A DNA stretch of 64,000 nucleotides, taken from IMG/VR virus record IMGVR_UViG_3300032605_001371. One strand, given 5' to 3'. Source of the stretch: an uncultured virus (IMG/VR IMGVR_UViG_3300032605_001371). Lineage: Duplodnaviria > Heunggongvirae > Uroviricota > Caudoviricetes. A program made the translations under genes and the position numbers. The notes under the pieces were generated by a model. The model ran no database searches, was not told the origin of the DNA, and saw nothing but the letters and a program-made list of their open reading frames with translations. This document shows, one piece after another, positions 58,177-64,000 of this stretch (the stretch's first letter is position 1; each line of letters opens with the position of its first letter).

Positions 58177-58752
58177 ATGATCGGAAATGAAATCATTCTA
58201 GAGTCTGCTGCTAGTGAGTTAGCCAAAAAGCTACCATCTTTAGAAAAGCACGACTATAACACTATTGACCAACTAATGCGAAAGATTGCTGCTAAGCATC
58301 ACATTACTGGTAAGGCCCTGCACGACCTTTTTGTGAAGCGATATAGCTCTACACCTGACAGTTGGATCAAAAATAAGTTAGATGAAACCGATGAAGAATT
58401 AAATATTCCCGAAGAAGTACAAAAGTTTGCAGAATGGGCTTCACGTAGAGTTCATCTAAAGAATCCCATTAAAGTAGACCTCAGCTACGACACCGAAGAA
58501 GCTCAGCATAATCATCATACTGGCAGGCACACTGAAGGTGATCCCACGATCTGGGTTTATGCTAAGAACAGAAACCTAGTAGATATTCTTAGAACGGTAT
58601 TCCATGAAATCGTACACTGTCGTCAAAGTGAACTAGGTATGATTAAGCCTGGTGACAGCTATCCTGGTAGCCCAATCGAAGCGATGGCCGACCTCTTAGC
58701 TGGCAAATACATTAAAATTTATGGTGAACGTCATCATTATATATTCCAATAA
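58177..58752 (+). CDS. Two-module protein: helical module plus HExxH zincin-like metallopeptidase
   Basis: DYNTIDQLM..ITGKALH module (shared with 37375); TVFHEIVHCRQ..E. Confidence 0.65.
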   Translation: MIGNEIILESAASELAKKLPSLEKHDYNTIDQLMRKIAAKHHITGKALHDLFVKRYSSTPDSWIKNKLDETDEELNIPEEVQKFAEWASRRVHLKNPIKVDLSYDTEEAQHNHHTGRHTEGDPTIWVYAKNRNLVDILRTVFHEIVHCRQSELGMIKPGDSYPGSPIEAMADLLAGKYIKIYGERHHYIFQ

Positions 58753-58763
58753 TTGGTGTATAC

Positions 58764-60150
58764 ATGCGAGCAAATGAATTTCTTATTGAATATGACAGAA
58801 CAAAGACCGCCGCTACTTTGGGTGATAAGCTCATTCATGTTGCGTACGAAGATAACACCTATAGGACCTATAGGTCCGGAATAACACCATCTGATATTTT
58901 AGAAAAGATAGAGACTAAGGATCCAACTCCAAATAAAGAATATACTCAGTGGTTGGCTCGTATGTATGCCAAAGGCGGAGTACCGTTCGAAGACCTAAAC
59001 AGAATGGATGTTTTAAGTTCATATAATATAGGCAAGAAGAGAAGACAAATTCAACCAGAAGACGCTGACATCAACAAATTTAAAACATATAAAGAATTTG
59101 AAGATACCATGATGTCAAAGTATTCACAATTGAATACTGATCCGAAGGAGGTCAACAAAGGAAAATCTACTCTTTATTTTGAAGATGATAATGTAAGAAT
59201 AATCATACCAGAAGATGAGGCAGCAGCATGTTATTATGGTAGAGGCACGCGGTGGTGTACAGCAGCCACAAAGGGTGAAAATTATTTCAATCATTATAAT
59301 ACAAAAGGCAAGATATATATAATTCTATTCAAGAAATTTCCGAACAAGTGGCAGTTTCATTTTGAAACTGCCCAGTTTATGGATGAGGCTGATAATGAAC
59401 TCGGTATAGAACAAGTAAGATCAGTCTCGCATTATTTTTCTAAAAAGATATGGAATGATGCGTTTATCAATCGTCCAGCTGAGATGTTAAAATACATAAA
59501 AAACCCAACTGAGAAACAAAAAATAGCAGCAGTTACGGATTCGGCATTGCTAGCTCTAGAATATATAAAAAATCCAAGTAATGCAGTTAAATTAGCAGCA
59601 ATAACATCCGATCCTGAGATAATTCAATACATAGAAAACCCAACTGAACAAATGCAACTAGTTGCAGTTGAGTCTGATGGATACCTTATTCGTTATATAA
59701 AAAATCCAAGTAATGCGGTTATGATGGCCGCGGTTAAAACTAATCCGATGTCTATGAAACGCTACATATATAGATAATCCACCAGAAGAGGTTCAACTGG
59801 CTGCGGTCCGAAGAGACATACGTGCATTTATATATATAAAAAATCCTACCGAAAAAGTACAATTTGAAACAGTTTCTAAAAATGGATTCCTTATAAGGGA
59901 TATCACAAATCCTTCAGCCCAAATACAACTTGCGGCGGTAACTGATGCGGCGTCCGCAATACGATTTATACAAAACCCAACCGAACAAGCACAAATTATT
60001 AACTCTGAAACGTACCATATTCAGAATATAAAAAACCCCACCGAAAAAGTACAATTGGCTGCTGTTCGAAGAGACATGCGTGCATTTGACCTTATAAAAA
60101 ACCCAACAGACAAAGTTAAAGCTTTGGTTGCTAAACTAAAAGCAAAGTAA
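58764..60150 (+). CDS. WCTAA-family protein with IKNP helical repeats, frameshifted near 59770
   Basis: ORF to 59777; the same IKNPTEKVQLAAV repeats continue in the +1 frame to TAA 60148-60150. Confidence 0.7.
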
Positions 60151-60175
60151 TATACAGTACATCCTCCCAAAACAA

Positions 60176-60204
60176 TTGAACTATACTTGTAAGTACTATA
60201 TACT
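60176..60204 (+). promoter_or_regulatory. Sigma70-like promoter for the replication genes
   Basis: TTGAAC-17nt-TATACT. Confidence 0.55.
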
Positions 60205-60228
60205 TCACAAGACATAGAAGGAGTATAC

Positions 60229-60486
60229 ATGTCTAGAGTATTCAACACTGACGCAAAGATTAAGTTGACCCAACTGGTTAACGAGGGCTTAGGTGTCCTA
60301 CAAGAAATTGAAACTCTTAATGAAGGTCTAAACGACACCATTAAGGCAATCGCAGAAGAACTAGAAATAAAGCCAGCCATTCTTAAGAAGGCTATCAAGG
60401 TTGCACAGAAGCAGCGCCTCGCACAAACTAACGAGGAAAATGAGGAACTCAATACCATTTTGGAGACTGTTGGTCGAGCTAATTAA
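60229..60486 (+). CDS. Small helical DNA-binding protein (T4 DsbA/GapR-like, tentative)
   Basis: AAGGAG RBS; LNDTIKAIAEELEIKPAILKKAIK pattern. Confidence 0.5.
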   Translation: MSRVFNTDAKIKLTQLVNEGLGVLQEIETLNEGLNDTIKAIAEELEIKPAILKKAIKVAQKQRLAQTNEENEELNTILETVGRAN

Positions 60487-62165
60487 TGGCATATGTCGAT
60501 GCAGTATTAGATTCCAACGCAGATCGAATCCACGTTGTAGAACGTACTCCTGAAGGTAAACGTGCATACAAAGAGTTCCCTACGAACTACGTAATGTACT
60601 ATGCTGATCCTAAAGGAAAGTATCGTTCTATTTACGGTGATCCGCTGTCTCGGTTCTCTACTCGTAAACGTAGCGAATTCGAGAAGGAACGCAGAATACA
60701 TAGTAACAAAAAACTATTTGAGAGCGACGTTAACGTAGTATTTAGGTGTTTGGCTGATAACTACCTTAATGCTGAACCACCAAAGCTTCATACTTGCTTT
60801 TTCGACATTGAAGTGGACTTTGATCCTGAGCGAGGATTTAGTCCTACTAGTGATCCGTTCAATCCAGTAACTGCAATCTCAATGTATCTAGATTGGCTTG
60901 ATCAACTGATTACGTTGGTCATGCCACCTAAGCACATGACAGATGAAACTGCGCAAGAGTTAACTAAAGATTTTCCAAACTGCTTTCTGTTTCGTTCTGA
61001 AATAGAGATGTTTGAAACCTTCTTTGAGTTGATCGAAGATGCTGACATTCTAACTGGCTGGAACTCAGAGGGATACGACATTCCGTATACGGTTAATCGC
61101 GTTACTAGAATCATGTCTAAAAACGATACTCGTAAGTTTTGTCTGCTGGGGAAACTCCCTAAGACTCGTACCTATGAACGTTTCGGCAAGGAAGAAGAAA
61201 CATACGATCTAGTTGGTAGAATTCATATGGACTACCTTCAACTGTATAAGAAGTACAACTACGAGTCTCGTCATAGTTATTCTCTTGATGCTATCGGTGA
61301 GATGGAAGTAGGTGAACGTAAAACTCAGTACGAAGGCAGTTTGGATCAGTTATACAATCAGGACTTTAAAACGTTCGTGGAGTATAACAGACAAGACACG
61401 ATGCTTATGGTTAAAATTCACAATAAGCTAAAGTTCCTTGATCTTGCTAACGCACTAGCACACGAGAATAGCGTACTTCTTCCGACAGTTATGGGTTCGG
61501 TGCAGATGATCGAAATGGCTATCTTCAATGAAGCTCACGCACGTGGAATGATCGTACCTAACAAGAAGCCCAAAGAAGATACTGGGTTTCCGGCAGCTGG
61601 TGCGTTTGTTGCTATTCCTAAACAAGGAATGCACGAATATCCTGGTGCAGTTGACATCAACTCTCTGTATCCGTCTGACATTCGAGCGCTGAACATGTCT
61701 CCGGAAACCATCATAGGTCAAGTTCGTCAAACACTGACTGACCAATACATGCACGAAAAGAGCATGAGATTGGCTTCTGAAAAGAAGAACAAGAAGAAGA
61801 AAAAGTTCGGAGATGACAGCGAGGAAGAAGGCGTCATTGGTGCAATTCTGTGGGAAGGATTGTTTGGCTCAATTGAGTATACAGCAATCATGAATCAAGA
61901 ACGCGGAACTACCCTTTGGATAGACTATGAAGATGGTAGAAGTGTACAAATGTCTGCTGCTGAAATTTGGAAGATGATCTTCGACAGTAACAGACCATGG
62001 ATCCTTTCAGCAAATGGTACCATCTTTACTTACGAAAAAGAAGGAGTGATTCCAGGACTACTTTCTCGGTGGTATACTGAACGTAAAAAACTTCAGAAAA
62101 AACAATACGCAGTTAGAGAAATACTCTATGGTAAATCTTTACCTGATGATTTTTTTACCGATTGA
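60486..62165 (+). CDS. Family B DNA polymerase, N-terminal subunit (exonuclease and motif A)
   Basis: FFDIE (ExoI), GWNSEGYDIPY (ExoII), YNRQD (ExoIII), VDINSLYPS; stops in the fingers after WYTERKK. Confidence 0.93.
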   Translation: MAYVDAVLDSNADRIHVVERTPEGKRAYKEFPTNYVMYYADPKGKYRSIYGDPLSRFSTRKRSEFEKERRIHSNKKLFESDVNVVFRCLADNYLNAEPPKLHTCFFDIEVDFDPERGFSPTSDPFNPVTAISMYLDWLDQLITLVMPPKHMTDETAQELTKDFPNCFLFRSEIEMFETFFELIEDADILTGWNSEGYDIPYTVNRVTRIMSKNDTRKFCLLGKLPKTRTYERFGKEEETYDLVGRIHMDYLQLYKKYNYESRHSYSLDAIGEMEVGERKTQYEGSLDQLYNQDFKTFVEYNRQDTMLMVKIHNKLKFLDLANALAHENSVLLPTVMGSVQMIEMAIFNEAHARGMIVPNKKPKEDTGFPAAGAFVAIPKQGMHEYPGAVDINSLYPSDIRALNMSPETIIGQVRQTLTDQYMHEKSMRLASEKKNKKKKKFGDDSEEEGVIGAILWEGLFGSIEYTAIMNQERGTTLWIDYEDGRSVQMSAAEIWKMIFDSNRPWILSANGTIFTYEKEGVIPGLLSRWYTERKKLQKKQYAVREILYGKSLPDDFFTD

Positions 62166-63025
62166 ATCCTACTTTCCATTATGCCATTAGTATGCGAAAT
62201 GATTGCATCCTTGCTGCCGAAGATAAAGGAGAAATCAAGGTTAGTGTCTGATAAGCGCAATATTGTATGTCCGCTTGCCAATGCCACGTTATTTTTTATT
62301 AAATCTCGATTTATTTGTCTTTTAGATGTGTGCCAATATTCACCATCAACTTCTACTAGTAAATTTAGATTTGGTAATAAGAAATCAAATAACCAACTAC
62401 CCTTTTCAGTATGTATAGGATGCTGATGAATGTACAATATATCATTATTCTTGCAAAATTCAATAAACGACAATTCAATAGAAGTATGTTTTTTAGGAGT
62501 ATCGTTCTTAGACATGAATTCTACTCGTTTTTTACTCCTATTGCGTCGTTGGTTATCTGATAGATCAAGCTTTTTACCCTTATTTCCGGAGCCGCCTAAC
62601 CCAATGGTATTTCCTATCATTTTAGTAGACTGTTTGGCTCTTCTCTCCGCAGTCCACGGTTTCTGTTTCCATCCATTGGCTATTCTCTCTTCCATATTAA
62701 TCTTGCTGACAACCTTCATGTATTCTTTATGTTCAGGTGTGTGGGTTCCCCAAGATACTCCGGTTCGTGCGGTTGATAATTTTTGTTTATGTTCCTCTGT
62801 TTTTCGTTTACCAGTTAATGCGTTTCTTACTTTTTCTACACTAACTGGATCATGCATTGGGTTGTTATCTCTCGCGTGTTTTCCGTATGCATGCCTTAGC
62901 TCATCAGAAAATAAAACAGATCCTGGAAATTGCGCTAAGTATTCAGCCGTAGTTATATTGTGAGTTTTTAAATGACTACTAGTCACTCGTTTCATTTCTT
63001 TGTTACAAATAGCACAATCCACCAT
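62126..63025 (-). CDS. Putative homing endonuclease (Zn finger, NUMOD3 repeats, Vsr/DUF559-like PD-(D/E)xK domain)
   Basis: CAIC..HLKTH; KTEEHKQKLS; FDFLL..LLVEVDGEYWH..RD; own TAAATA and AAGGAG. Confidence 0.85.
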   Translation of the reverse strand: MVDCAICNKEMKRVTSSHLKTHNITTAEYLAQFPGSVLFSDELRHAYGKHARDNNPMHDPVSVEKVRNALTGKRKTEEHKQKLSTARTGVSWGTHTPEHKEYMKVVSKINMEERIANGWKQKPWTAERRAKQSTKMIGNTIGLGGSGNKGKKLDLSDNQRRNRSKKRVEFMSKNDTPKKHTSIELSFIEFCKNNDILYIHQHPIHTEKGSWLFDFLLPNLNLLVEVDGEYWHTSKRQINRDLIKNNVALASGHTILRLSDTNLDFSFIFGSKDAIISHTNGIMESRIQSVKKSSGKDLP

Positions 63026-63079
63026 ATACGACTCTCCTTTAAAAAAGCACCATATGTATTTATCTTATAGAGCAAAAAT

Positions 63080-64000
63080 ATGAATCTAACGAAAATTATA
63101 TTGGAATACGATACTAATAAAGTGAATGATTTTATTCAAAACAAAGACAAAATTGGTCTTGTTGAATACATAACTGGTTTCGGATTAGAAATACGAGACC
63201 GCTCCATTCATCCAATGGAAGCATATAAATCAGTTTGGGGGTTAGCAATGGAGTATTGGGACAAACGACAGTTAGTAAAAAAAATTCTCTTGAACTCTAC
63301 ATATGGATCCATTTTGAACGAATATTGCAGGTTTTATGATAAGCGGATCGGACAGTCAGTTACTTTGTCTGGTCGTCAAATTGTTAGGCACATGATGAGC
63401 CAGATCAATGAAATCATTGCAGGTGAATACACTCACGAAGGTGAGGCGATCATCTACGGTGATACTGACTCCTGCTACTTCACTGCATATTCTATATTAA
63501 AAGATAGAATCGAACAAGGTGAAATAGAATGGAACAAGGAAGTTTGCATCGAACTGTACGACAACATCGCAGAGCAAACTAACGCTAGCTTTCCTGCTTT
63601 CATGGAGAAAGCGTTCCATTGTCCCCGCAAGAACGGTGAGGTCATCAAAGCTGGTAGAGAATTGATCGGTGATCGTTCTATCTTTATTACAAAGAAGCGT
63701 TACGCAATCAACATCTTCGACAAAGAAGGTAAACGCAAGGATAAGGAAGGTAAATTAGGTGAAATCAAAGCTATGGGTCTAGACCTAAAGCGTGCAGATA
63801 CACCTAAGTACGTTCAGGAATTTCTTATGGAAATTCTTTGTATGGTAATTCAAGAGGGTAAGGGCCGAGACGAAGTGATCGAAAAGATCAAAGAGTTTAA
63901 AAGAAAGCTTTCAGAACAAGACAGTTGGACTAAGGGTTCACCTAAATCAGTTAATAATTTGACAAATCATACCATTAAGTATGAGAGAACCGGTAAGTGC
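63080..64000 (+). CDS. Family B DNA polymerase, C-terminal subunit (partial; not in the ORF track)
   Basis: Manual translation: MNLTKII..RQLVKKILLNSTYG (motif B), YGDTDS (motif C), KKRYA, MGLDLKRADTP; open to the window end. Confidence 0.93.
   Translation, partial: MNLTKIILEYDTNKVNDFIQNKDKIGLVEYITGFGLEIRDRSIHPMEAYKSVWGLAMEYWDKRQLVKKILLNSTYGSILNEYCRFYDKRIGQSVTLSGRQIVRHMMSQINEIIAGEYTHEGEAIIYGDTDSCYFTAYSILKDRIEQGEIEWNKEVCIELYDNIAEQTNASFPAFMEKAFHCPRKNGEVIKAGRELIGDRSIFITKKRYAINIFDKEGKRKDKEGKLGEIKAMGLDLKRADTPKYVQEFLMEILCMVIQEGKGRDEVIEKIKEFKRKLSEQDSWTKGSPKSVNNLTNHTIKYERTGKC

Noticed and set aside
62100..63250. Group I intron or split intein explaining the polymerase interruption
   Set aside because: No C/S...HN intein ends, almost no non-coding room for an intron core, and the inserted ORF is antisense.

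Overview
This is a 64-kb segment of a large T4-like (probably jumbo) dsDNA tailed phage using the standard genetic code, with most genes on the + strand. The host is probably Gram-negative. From left to right it contains: the end of a lysozyme-bearing structural gene; a head module (intein-containing portal, acidic core protein, gp21-like protease, scaffold, gp23-like capsid); a first cluster of small enzyme genes; long Asn/Gly/Thr-rich fibre genes and a GH19 lysin; chaperone and replication genes (GroES, clamp loader, PhoH, DnaJ, ClpA); a second, larger cluster of modular proteins; a curli-secretion/FecR/CHASE2-adenylate-cyclase cassette; and a family-B DNA polymerase split by an antisense nuclease. 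About eight mobile-endonuclease elements are present. Five observations stand out. (1) A 30-nt covarying hairpin leader sits between a late promoter and the start codon of three endonuclease genes from two unrelated families. (2) About a dozen proteins start with a T4-like capsid-targeting peptide, and several are polyproteins with modules separated by prohead-protease-type [ILV]-x-E sites, suggesting a head-packaged, injected effector arsenal. (3) A CsgF-CsgG-curlin-FecR-adenylate cyclase-OMP cassette is present. (4) A structured 140-nt insert with a uORF duplicates the start of the prohead protease. (5) PolB is split. All calls come from reading motifs by eye; no searches or folding programs were run.
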